Shown: positions 7,901 to 15,800, counted from the stretch's first letter. The stretch is 15,803 nucleotides of DNA from Thermoplasmata archaeon (GCA_034667685.1 JAXDQU010000067.1:1-15803), one strand, 5' to 3'. Translations and numbers: made by a program. The notes: generated by a model from the letters alone, not told the origin.

Positions 7901-9742
7901 AAGATCGCCTCGGGCGTGGGCAACGCGGAGAACTTCACCTACACGGCGAACTTCACGACCTCGGGCACGTACACCTACGACATCGCGGTCCAGAACTCGC
8001 AGGGCGTCTCGCCCGGCTCCGGAGGCGTCTCACCCGGCTCGTTCGTGATCCAGGAGAACCTCGGCCCGCGCATCGAGGTCAAGTCGCCCAGCGTCAACGT
8101 CGGCGGCGTCCTCTACTCGCCCGGCGCGCCCACGCTGACGTTCCTCGTCTACGACGCGCAGGGCGTCGACAACACGACGTTCAACCTGACCCTCGACGGC
8201 GCGCAGGTGCCCACGACGATCAGCCCCGCGCCCGCCGGCCTCCAGGGCTACTACTTCCAGTACGTCGTGCCCCAGGGCCAGGCGTTCCAGGACGGGCAGG
8301 TCGTGACGGTCAACGTCAGCGTCTTCGACCTCACCGGCCTCCAGGCGGGCAAGGTGTCGCTCCAGAGCTTCGACAACTTCACGTTCACCGTCGACGCGAA
8401 GGCGCCCACGGCGCGCGTGACCGACTTCGGGCCGCGCTACAAGAGCGGCGCCTCGCAGCTCTGGAACGTGAGCCTCGGCACGAAGTTCACGCTCGCCGCG
8501 GACTCCTCGACGAGCCCCGTGCCCGTGGACCGCATCGTCTTCAGCATCGTGGGCGGCCAGCGCAGCGTCACCGCGACCTACGGCGGCCCCTTCTCGCTCA
8601 ACGACTACCGCGACGTCTACGTCGGCTCCACCGTCTACACGATCACCGTGTGGGCGTACGACGCGGTGGGCAACGCCGACCTCACGCACCGCTACCAGCA
8701 GTCGTTCTACCTCGACGACGAGTCGCCGCACCTCGCGCTCCCGCTCACGCAGGGGCGCTACCTCAACTGGACGATCGTCGACGAGCAGACCGGCGTCAAG
8801 AGCGTCACGCTCTGGGCCCGCGCGGACAACGCGCCCTACCAGCCCTATCCGATGGCGAAGGACGCCGTGGGCGACGTCTGGCGCGGCGTGCTCCCCGAGG
8901 GGACCAAGGGCCAGGTCATCACGTACTACGTGCAGGCCGTCGACAACGTGGAGAACAACGCGGAGGGCGCGGACGACTTCGGCACCGCGGCCTCGCCCTA
9001 CGCCTCGCTGCGCGTCACGAACCACGACCCCGTCATCAAGATCACGAGCCCCGAGCCGGGCAGCCGGCGCGACCACCTCGTGGACGTCGCGTGGACCGCG
9101 GCCGACGCCGACAAGGACCCGCTGACCTACACCGTGCTCTACAAGGCGCCCGGCAAGGACGCGCTCACCGAGCTCGCGAAGATCGACAACCCCGCGACGA
9201 CGCGCTACCAGCTCGACACGACGACGCTCGCGGACGGCGAGTACACGATCCGCGTCACCGTCTCCGACGGCACGGTCGCCACGTACGACGAGGTCCCGAT
9301 CACGATCATCAACGCGGGCAGCGCCATCGGCGCCGTCAGCCCGATCAACGACGTGAAGCCGGGCGAGCAGGTGCTCGTCACCGCGCAGATCCTGAAAGCC
9401 GGCGCGACCGTCGAGGCGCAGGTCTACCGCAACGGCAACCTCCTCGACTCCTTCGCCATGAACGACGAGGGCAAGGACGGCGACGTCAAGGCCGGCGACC
9501 GCGTCTACTCGGCGCAGGTGCCCGTGGGCGACTCGGGCGACTACAGCGTCACCATCGTCGCGCACTACACCGAGGACGGCCAGACGCGCGAGTCGACGCT
9601 CACCAACGCCGCGACGTTCAGCGCCGCGCTCACGCCCGGCTACATCCTGCACGCCTACGCGGGCCTGCTGATCCTGCTCGCGCTCCTGGCCGTGGTCGGC
9701 GTGGCGATCGCGGTCTTCGTCGTGGTCAGGCGCAAGGGGTGA
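4997..9742 (+). CDS. Large membrane-anchored cell-surface glycoprotein (1581 aa) with CARDB/Ig-like domains and a choice-of-anchor-X-like C-terminal domain
   Basis: Signal peptide ending PTATA. CARDB-like segment (NVTVRNLG...HEVEVFVDSEDAYYEPNETNN), multiple Ig-like repeats (e.g. DGEYTIRVTVSDG), and MNDEGKDGDVKAGDRVYSAQV. C-terminal TM helix plus RRKG. About 47 N-x-S/T sequons by manual count. Confidence 0.9.
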   Translation: MVASPPAHRFTVAALLASLLLSAIPTATAQVIPVGPFAIKTDTAFLGTSGDGATSHVFYDTGNSVFVHVNVTSAGLQAPNVAVPIMISTDAADPVSNQSAFRCDSLPTGGWISAGQGAGFYQWYNKSVVVPGLSNSAFNLSVLLNTQTQPAGWQNPNGCNPTPVNEQTALPGSGAHQIKLSYIHNARVDFQITSLTWCDDLDAQDGDTPDPAACHDINPDLNPANVTSRATSRSAADHTFFKITLENRGTWANATMPDNTTPFSIPYTTFLTGAGVGSNVDVTIPQKLDIGADNVLTSNRSTFLVGNLSLFHAYGAYTPVVELNVGNAIQPLTPMLTAINKTASATFQVASWDFAGGINASTFRTDPLHPYDWRFLPDGNYALTGNVTVRNLGTASAPQGVHVIAKLDNKVVDDLGALPLGNATSAEGYREFPVTFHVQSADPASATYVGAGQHEVEVFVDSEDAYYEPNETNNDAALPIYFNQSEKPATSGALQVLGGAGALDASTNPQISSTYPWKTFYVHANFTEGDDTEHLHVVANFTLASNSSVSQTFPLVYGSDTFKDARWSAEITNFSYVGNGTQEVWNLKVVATDPFGQPTPLSWTGHSLLLQKWPVQWVNDTDILTKVDDSADVAAQQSYVIPYNTGSPSYTIRVYDNWTGFVNWTTPDGNGTDQINYVNNLHITYHPPRNQTPITGQFPFTANCTAVNLVARRGSTNTVLNAGSTDQNPWNSTNTGGVTGGATGCQSPADRWNFTAAPTYTGGTGPGVYLVDVQIADKTGEVRHIFRNFTLQDLPPVLNETSVKDLDDVNATNSSVAGHRVQIHLKAADDFNINTSSVYALWTRPGQGNATFNFTLKKVSNPDPNSATYVYNDTFTVGRDAQLNVSGKYLVTFRAEDSNGNWNTSAPIEFSLNETVPPSFTSAGVDPSEQELRQPVTFYASVNAQFNPKLFVTVKDQNSAVVIDHQPMKIASGVGNAENFTYTANFTTSGTYTYDIAVQNSQGVSPGSGGVSPGSFVIQENLGPRIEVKSPSVNVGGVLYSPGAPTLTFLVYDAQGVDNTTFNLTLDGAQVPTTISPAPAGLQGYYFQYVVPQGQAFQDGQVVTVNVSVFDLTGLQAGKVSLQSFDNFTFTVDAKAPTARVTDFGPRYKSGASQLWNVSLGTKFTLAADSSTSPVPVDRIVFSIVGGQRSVTATYGGPFSLNDYRDVYVGSTVYTITVWAYDAVGNADLTHRYQQSFYLDDESPHLALPLTQGRYLNWTIVDEQTGVKSVTLWARADNAPYQPYPMAKDAVGDVWRGVLPEGTKGQVITYYVQAVDNVENNAEGADDFGTAASPYASLRVTNHDPVIKITSPEPGSRRDHLVDVAWTAADADKDPLTYTVLYKAPGKDALTELAKIDNPATTRYQLDTTTLADGEYTIRVTVSDGTVATYDEVPITIINAGSAIGAVSPINDVKPGEQVLVTAQILKAGATVEAQVYRNGNLLDSFAMNDEGKDGDVKAGDRVYSAQVPVGDSGDYSVTIVAHYTEDGQTRESTLTNAATFSAALTPGYILHAYAGLLILLALLAVVGVAIAVFVVVRRKG

Positions 9743-9747
9743 GGGCG

Positions 9748-9945
9748 ATGGACCCGACGACGCGCCGCACCGTCTTCCTCGGCCTGGGCGGGCTCGCCCT
9801 GCTCACGCTGCTCGCGGCCGGCCTCAGCGTCTTCCTGGCGCTGAAGGCCACGGGCACCATCCTGCTCGTGGCCGTCGTCGTGCTCATCCTCGTCGTCGCG
9901 GCCGAGGTCGTCCTCTGGCTCGTCGACAGGCCCCGGAGCGGGTGA
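9748..9945 (+). CDS. Small two-TM membrane protein (65 aa)
   Basis: The real gene is the 3' end of shadow ORF 7183..9945. ATG lies 5 nt after the previous stop with GGGGTGAGG upstream; MDPTTRRTVFLGLGGLALLTLLAAGLSVFLALKATGTILLVAVVVLILVVAAEVVLWLVDRPRSG. Confidence 0.8.
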   Translation: MDPTTRRTVFLGLGGLALLTLLAAGLSVFLALKATGTILLVAVVVLILVVAAEVVLWLVDRPRSG

Positions 9946-10307
9946 GCCGCGCCGTGGCGCTCTTCCGCCACCCGATCCCGCGCCGCGCGCTCTGGGGCGC
10001 CGGCGTCGGCCTCCTCTACTCGTTCCTCATCCTGCCCACCGCCGCGAACGTCGTGGGCATCAACCCGGTCGGCGTCGGCTGGTTCCTGCTCAGCATCGGC
10101 CTCCTCTTCCTCGTGCCGCTGGCGTACCACGCCTTCACGATCTTCGGCCTGCTCAGCGTCGCGCTCGACGTCTACGGCTTCGTCAAGGACCAGAGCGTCG
10201 GGCACGTCGTGGATGTCGTGATCGCGCTCCTCGCGGTCATGCTCGTGATGACGTCGGGCTATCTCCCGGCGGCGTATGCGGCGCGCGAGGCGGATGAGTT
10301 GGGCTAG
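9942..10307 (+). CDS. Hypothetical integral membrane protein (121 aa, 3-4 TM)
   Basis: GTGA start/stop overlap with the upstream gene; strongly hydrophobic segments. Confidence 0.8.
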   Translation: MSRAVALFRHPIPRRALWGAGVGLLYSFLILPTAANVVGINPVGVGWFLLSIGLLFLVPLAYHAFTIFGLLSVALDVYGFVKDQSVGHVVDVVIALLAVMLVMTSGYLPAAYAAREADELG

Positions 10308-10333
10308 GCCACGAGGCTGCCTGCGCTCCGCGC

Positions 10334-10400
10334 GCTCCGCATGCGAGGACCTGAAGGCCCGTCGCGCGCGTCGCGTTCGTCGCGTCGTCGCATGCGGAGC
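10334..10400. repeat. Inverted repeat (17-bp arms, 1 mismatch) between convergent genes
   Basis: GCTCCGCATGCGAGGAC (10334-10350) and GTCGTCGCATGCGGAGC (10384-10400), 33-nt spacer; flanked by short tandem units (GCGCTCC x2, TCGCG repeats). Confidence 0.75.
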
Positions 10401-10417
10401 CGCCCGGGCGAACAGGA

Positions 10418-11356
10418 TCACGATTTGAAATCGAACGTGATCCCCAGCGCAGTCACGAGTTCCTTGTACCGGTTGCGGATCGTGACCTCGGTAACGCCGG
10501 TCGCCTCGGAGACGTCGCGCTGCGTGCGCGGCTCGCCCTTGAGGATGCACGAGATGTAGAGCGCGGCCGCGGCGACGGACTTGGGGTCCTTGCCGCTGAC
10601 GACCTCCGCGAGCACGGCCTGCTTCACGAACGCCAGCGCCAGCGCTTCGGTCTCGGGGCGCAGCGTCAGGCGCGACGCGAAGCGCGGGATGTAGCTCTGC
10701 GGCGTGACGGGCGCCAGGGTGAGGCCCAGCTCGTGCGCGATCACCTTGTAGACGCGCCCGATCTCGCGGCGATCGACCTTGGAGACTTCGGCGATCTCCT
10801 CCAGGCTGCGCGGCACGCCGTTGGTCCGCAGCGCCGCGTAGAGCGAGGCCGCCGCGACGCTGTCGATGCTCCGGCCGCGGATGAGGTTCTTCTCGGCCGC
10901 GCTGCGGTAGTAGCGCCCCGCGACCTCCTGCACGCTGCGCGGGACCTCGAGCGAGCCGGCCATGCGGCGGATCTCCGTCAACGCGGTGGCGAGGTTGCGC
11001 TCGGTGCCGCGGCGGAACTTGCTGCGCCGGTCCCACTTCTGCATGCGCTTGAGCTGCGACATGTTGTCCGACGCGACCGCGCGCCCGTGCGCGTCCGTCG
11101 TGCCCCACATCACGGTGCCGAAGCCGTAGTCGTGCTGGAGGCTGGAGATCGGCGCCGCGCGCTCGGGGGACGCGCCGCGCGGGCTGTCGGCGAAGCTGCG
11201 CCAGTCCGGCCCGCTGTCGATGAGGTTCTCGCGCGTCACGAGACCGCAATGGTCGCACGTGACTTCGCCGTGGGCAGGATCCAGCACCAGGCGCCCGACC
11301 TTGCACTCGGGGCACGCGCTGCCGGCGTCCTCGCCACCTGCTGGGGAGGATGCCAC
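10418..11356 (-). CDS. tfb: Archaeal transcription initiation factor IIB
   Basis: N-terminal Zn ribbon CPEC...CDHC, B-reader GPDWRSF, ERNLATAL, two cyclin repeats (RGRS..SVAAASLY; GKDPKSVAAAALY), and C-terminal HTH TQRDVSEATGVTEVTIRNRYKEL. Confidence 0.97.
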   Translation of the reverse strand: MASSPAGGEDAGSACPECKVGRLVLDPAHGEVTCDHCGLVTRENLIDSGPDWRSFADSPRGASPERAAPISSLQHDYGFGTVMWGTTDAHGRAVASDNMSQLKRMQKWDRRSKFRRGTERNLATALTEIRRMAGSLEVPRSVQEVAGRYYRSAAEKNLIRGRSIDSVAAASLYAALRTNGVPRSLEEIAEVSKVDRREIGRVYKVIAHELGLTLAPVTPQSYIPRFASRLTLRPETEALALAFVKQAVLAEVVSGKDPKSVAAAALYISCILKGEPRTQRDVSEATGVTEVTIRNRYKELVTALGITFDFKS

Positions 11357-11446
11357 GCGGGCCAGTTCGGCGTTCGTAGCCTCTTATACCATCTCGCGGC
11401 TTCGTCGCTTGGAAATCCTCTTATCGACGTGCTTCCTCGCAGATGC
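11357..11446. promoter_or_regulatory. Divergent promoter region for tfb and the adjacent membrane protein gene
   Basis: Minus strand TATAAG (11383-11388) about 27 nt upstream of the tfb GTG; plus strand GGAAATCCTCTTATC (11411-11425) about 22 nt upstream of GTG 11447. Confidence 0.55.
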
Positions 11447-11926
11447 GTGGCCGACGACGCGCGCCCATTCCGCATGCGAAGCGCCTGGCTTCCGATCACG
11501 CTCTTCGTGATCAGCGTCGTCTACTTCGCCGTCGTCCTCCTCCTCGTCGCGACCAACCAGGCGATCGGCGGCGTGGACAACGACCAGCTCGCCCTGGGCG
11601 GCATCGCGCTCTTCGTCCTCTCGATCCTCGTGGCGATCCCCTACTTCCTGCGCCGCACGTCGCCCAAGCCCCGCGTCGAGCCCGAGCCCCTCATGGACGA
11701 CATGCAGGACGAACCGATGGCCGCGTCCGACGCGCCCCGCTTCACAGGCTGGGACGACGAGACGCGCACCACGTCCGAGGAGAAGCAGGGCATGAAGGTC
11801 CTGGAGTACAGCCGCCCCGCCAAGAGCCGGCACCGGGGCGCCGTCTACACCAAGGACTACGTGCCCGTCGCGAAGGAGTGGGTCCTGCGCGTCGAGACGA
11901 TGGTGGCCGAAGGCGCGGACCTTTAG
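11447..11926 (+). CDS. Hypothetical membrane protein (two N-terminal TM helices, soluble C-terminal domain), ~159 aa
   Basis: 3' part of ORF 10733..11926; the part overlapping tfb is shadow. Start is GTG 11447 or ATG 11474. TMs AWLPITLFVISVVYFAVVLLLV and LALGGIALFVLSILVAIPYFL. Confidence 0.8.
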   Translation: MADDARPFRMRSAWLPITLFVISVVYFAVVLLLVATNQAIGGVDNDQLALGGIALFVLSILVAIPYFLRRTSPKPRVEPEPLMDDMQDEPMAASDAPRFTGWDDETRTTSEEKQGMKVLEYSRPAKSRHRGAVYTKDYVPVAKEWVLRVETMVAEGADL

Positions 11927-11979
11927 GGCCCGTTTCCCAGCCTGCCGCCGCGCCTCGGCTTTCCTTCGCTGCTTTCTGT

Positions 11980-12089
11980 TGCGCTTCGCGCCTCCGCCAA
12001 CACGCGAACACGCCATGACGCCAACGGCTGCGAGAGTCTGTCCGTTGGCGTCATGGCGTGTTCGCGTGTTGGCGGAGGCGCGAAGCGCA
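11980..12089. repeat. Perfect 48-bp inverted repeat with 14-nt loop (REPIN/MITE-like palindrome) between convergent genes
   Basis: 11980-12027 is the exact reverse complement of 12042-12089. The arms contain four 8-nt units (CGCCAACA/CGCGAACA/CGCCATGA/CGCCAACG) and a terminal GCGC-GAA-GCGC mini-hairpin. Confidence 0.95.
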
Positions 12090-12109
12090 GAGTGGCCAAT
12101 CTCGCGACT

Positions 12110-13342
<1,233 letters not shown>

Positions 13343-13343
13343 G

Positions 13344-14168
13344 CTATCCTTTCTCCAGCCCGGCGGCGACGACGAGCTGCTGAGGGCGCCACGCGGGAGG
13401 CTCGCCGCGGAACATCGTGACGGTCCGGAACGTCGGCGCGAAGCCGCGGTCGCGCAGGGCGCCCAGCGCGTGCGGGTTCGCGGCGAGCGCGGTGGCCTCG
13501 TGCGGGCCGGGCGTCGCGACGATGAGCGCGTCGAGCAGGTCCTCCGCCGCGCGGGGCGTCGTGGCGACGACGGGCCCCAGCTCGGTGAGGTCGGGGCTGG
13601 TCTTGGCGAAGCCGAAGCCCACGAGATGATTGCCGCTGCGCGCGACGTGCGCGCTGTCGGGGTAGGCTCGCAACAGCTCGCGCAGCAGGAAGCCGCGGTC
13701 CATGCCGCTCGCGCGCCGGTCGAGCCGCGCGATCTCCAGCAGGTCGTCGCGCGTCATGCGCTGCGTCACGCTGGGCCTGACCGGCTTCGCGTCGGCCGCG
13801 CGGTGCGCCCACGCGTCGCCCCCCGCGCTCGCGAACCCCATGCGCCCGTAGAGCGTCACCGCCTTCTCGACGGCGTAGAGCCCGGCGCGCGGAGCGTCGC
13901 GCAGCGTCTCCTCCAGGAGCGCCTTGCCCACGCCCTGCCCGCGCAGCGAGGCGTGCGTCACGACGTTGCCGATCCAGCGGATGGGCGCGAGGTCGAGGTA
14001 GGTGAGGAAGGCGACCAGCTTGCCCGCCTCGTCGTAGCCGCCCACCGCGCCGCCCAGCTTGTGCAGGCGCGTCAGCTCCTCGACGCTGAAGCCCCACCCC
14101 TCGGGCGCGAGCAGCCCGGGCGCCGCGGCCAGGTCCTCCGCGCGCATCCGGCGGATGGCGACGCTCAC
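13344..14168 (-). CDS. Two-domain GNAT N-acyltransferase (YitH-like), ~274 aa
   Basis: Part of ORF 13344..14267. Start moved to GTG 14168 (GTGA overlap with the upstream stop). Acetyl-CoA motif A WIGNVVTHASLRGQGVGKALL; second GNAT-like domain with LGPVVA...AEDLL and N..A..L...GF. Its stop is 1 nt before the cysS-like ATG. Confidence 0.88.
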   Translation of the reverse strand: MSVAIRRMRAEDLAAAPGLLAPEGWGFSVEELTRLHKLGGAVGGYDEAGKLVAFLTYLDLAPIRWIGNVVTHASLRGQGVGKALLEETLRDAPRAGLYAVEKAVTLYGRMGFASAGGDAWAHRAADAKPVRPSVTQRMTRDDLLEIARLDRRASGMDRGFLLRELLRAYPDSAHVARSGNHLVGFGFAKTSPDLTELGPVVATTPRAAEDLLDALIVATPGPHEATALAANPHALGALRDRGFAPTFRTVTMFRGEPPAWRPQQLVVAAGLEKG

Positions 14169-14344
14169 GGCGGCACCCCATACTCCTTGCGCGCGAGCGG
14201 CTCGTCGCAGCGGTGACCGCCGAACGTCACGAAGCGGCGGTCGCCGCGGCTCTGCTTGATCTGGCACGGGCCGTACTCATCGTCTTCGGCGCCGTACCAA
14301 TAGCGGCAGTCCTTGCAGAACAGATCGGTCCTCGCCGCCGCCAT
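14165..14344 (-). CDS. Small Cys/His metal-binding protein (59 aa)
   Basis: 3' end of ORF 14165..14665: MAAARTDLFCKDCRYWYGAEDDEYGPCQIKQSRGDRRFVTFGGHRCDEPLARKEYGVPP (CxxC...C...HxC). Its stop overlaps the GNAT start. Confidence 0.75.
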   Translation of the reverse strand: MAAARTDLFCKDCRYWYGAEDDEYGPCQIKQSRGDRRFVTFGGHRCDEPLARKEYGVPP

Positions 14345-14382
14345 TTGGCTCGGCCAGGGTGCTTTGCCCCAAAACCCTTCGC

Positions 14383-14553
14383 TTACGAGGGGGGCTCCGG
14401 CTGGACCGACTCGGGCGCCGGCGGGGGCCAGGTGAACGTCGGGTCGCCCGTCACCAAACGCGCGGCCTCCAACGCCTCGTCGGGGCTGATGACCTCGTGC
14501 CGCCGCAGCCGCTCCAGCGCGGCGAGCACCTCCTGGACGTCCCGCTCGGACAC
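14383..14553 (-). CDS. Small hypothetical protein (~56 aa)
   Basis: Part of ORF 14383..14577. Likely GTG start at 14553, about 26 nt after a minus-strand CTTATG (14579-14584). Amphipathic helices MSERDVQEVLAALERLRRHEVISPDEALEAARLV followed by a Pro-rich tail. Confidence 0.6.
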   Translation of the reverse strand: MSERDVQEVLAALERLRRHEVISPDEALEAARLVTGDPTFTWPPPAPESVQPEPPS

Positions 14554-14657
14554 GGGCGAAGGACGGCGTCGCCGCAAGCATAAGCGTGGCGCCAGGCCGA
14601 GGACCCCGCCGGGGGGAAAGGAAAGGCTTCATGACCGGAGCGTCCAGAAAGACAAGC

Positions 14658-15059
14658 ATGGACAAGCCCCTCGCGGGCCCGCTGCGCGCCTTCCGCGACC
14701 ACTACGTGGCGGCGTACGGCGGCATCAGCTACGACCTCGCGCCGCGCGCCATCGGCGTGCACCCCGGCGCGCTCGCCCTCGCGCCCGAGCTTCCGGGCCG
14801 CCGCGTCCTCGTGCAGCCCGAGCACGCCGCGCCCGGCCCGCTCCACAAGCGCCCCGCGTTCACCGTCGTCGTCACCGACCACCTCATGCGCAACGCGCGC
14901 GGGCTGGCCGAGGCCGGCGGGATCGTCTTCTCCTCCTTCGACCTGGAAGACCCCGTGGTCGCGCACCTCCTGGCGCGCCTCGACTGGGGCGATCCGCTCT
15001 ACCTCAACGCGGCGCTGGAGCGGCTTCCGGATGGCGTGCTGAAGCGGCCCGCGGCGTGA
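14658..15059 (+). CDS. Hypothetical soluble protein (~133 aa)
   Basis: Part of ORF 14586..15059. Likely ATG 14658, about 25 nt after GAAAGGCTTCATG; globular-looking alpha/beta sequence. No family recognised. Confidence 0.7.
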   Translation: MDKPLAGPLRAFRDHYVAAYGGISYDLAPRAIGVHPGALALAPELPGRRVLVQPEHAAPGPLHKRPAFTVVVTDHLMRNARGLAEAGGIVFSSFDLEDPVVAHLLARLDWGDPLYLNAALERLPDGVLKRPAA

Positions 15060-15186
15060 CGCGACATGAAGGGAAGCGAGGGAACTGGGGAAGAAGGGAA
15101 GCGAGGGAAGAAGCGCTCCATGCAGGGCGAACTTCTTCCCCCGCGATTCCCTTCTTCCCCAGTTCCCTCGCTTCCCTTCGGCGTCA
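15057..15186. repeat. Purine/pyrimidine-rich palindrome (perfect 33-bp arms plus imperfect extensions) filling a convergent intergenic gap
   Basis: 15068-15100 is the exact reverse complement of 15147-15179. Inner extension GCGAGGGAAGAAG/CTTCTTCCCCCGC; outer TGACGC/GCGTCA. Internal direct repeat GAAGGGAAGCGAGGGAA at 15068 and 15093. Confidence 0.95.
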
Positions 15187-15528
15187 CGCGTACAGCACGA
15201 TGAGCACGGCCACGAGCACCCAGACGAGCATGATCGCGCCGAACGCGCCCGCGGTGGTCTTGCCCTGCGCGCGCTCCCAGTCGGGCGTCCAGGTGCCGGC
15301 GCGGCGCGCGGCCTCGACGCGCCGATGCGCGAGGACGTAGACCAGCGACCAGCCCACGGGCACGACGAGCGTCACGAGGCAGAGCGCGAAGGCGCGCCGG
15401 TCCTCCCGCAGCAGCACCGCGACGACGACGAGCGCGAGGGCGAGGAGCGCCTGGAAGCCCACGAACTTCAGGAGCTGCACGGCGCGACGGCCCGCGGCCT
15501 CGCGTTCACGCCGTGACGTGCCGGCCAT
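15184..15528 (-). CDS. Hypothetical three-TM membrane protein
   Basis: Three hydrophobic segments (FVGFQALLALALVVVAVLL, AFALCLVTLVVPVGWSLVYVL, AFGAIMLVWVLVAVLIVLY). Start uncertain (ATG 15528 or GTG 15480). Confidence 0.75.
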   Translation of the reverse strand: MAGTSRREREAAGRRAVQLLKFVGFQALLALALVVVAVLLREDRRAFALCLVTLVVPVGWSLVYVLAHRRVEAARRAGTWTPDWERAQGKTTAGAFGAIMLVWVLVAVLIVLYA

Positions 15529-15727
15529 CGGTCCAGACGTGGCGAACGCCCTCCTGGTCCACCATCTCGTCGTCGAAGATGGTCTTGCACGCCAGGCAGC
15601 GGAAGCCGTAGCGCTTCTGGGCCTCGCCCCCTGGCGTGCAGGGCTCGGCCTTGAACTCGATGAACTTCCTCGTCCCGCCGCAGACGGGGCAGGGAGCCGG
15701 GAAGACCATGGCGGGCACGAGGCTCAC
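15506..15727 (-). CDS. Small CPxCG zinc-ribbon protein
   Basis: CPVCGG...CLAC motif pair typical of archaeal small zinc fingers. Start may be GTG 15727, GTG 15718 or ATG 15709; minus-strand CTTATG at 15742-15747. Confidence 0.75.
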   Translation of the reverse strand: MSLVPAMVFPAPCPVCGGTRKFIEFKAEPCTPGGEAQKRYGFRCLACKTIFDDEMVDQEGVRHVWTDGRHVTA

Positions 15728-15765
15728 ATTCGGCTCGTCGCCATAAGGCTATCCGGCGAGGCCCG

Positions 15766-15800
15766 GGGCTCTGGGCTCAAGACTCTGGACTCAGGGCTCT
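15766..15800. repeat. Heptamer tandem repeat, 5 units (consensus GGRCTCW)
   Basis: GGGCTCT GGGCTCA AGACTCT GGACTCA GGGCTCT at the right edge of the window. Confidence 0.75.

Noticed and set aside
8003-8040. 17-nt tandem duplication encoding GVSPGS-G-GVSPGS
   Set aside because: In-frame loop micro-duplication within the surface protein; no sign of wider significance.
4309-9945. Very long alternative-frame ORFs (4309..6963 +, 4955..7891 -, 7183..9945 + except its last 65 codons, 8030..9652 -)
   Set aside because: Arg/Pro/Gly-rich or antisense shadows of the 1581-aa gene, expected from high GC and third-position bias; no motifs.
11980-12089. CRISPR array or tRNA/ncRNA
   Set aside because: A single inverted pair with no repeat-spacer series and no cloverleaf or T-loop motif.
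11923-12109. A frameshifted or read-through anticodon-binding domain downstream of the cysS-like stop
   Set aside because: The minus-strand translations past the TAG run into the palindrome and show no AR..K...AD..R motif, so I do not call a frameshifted pseudogene.
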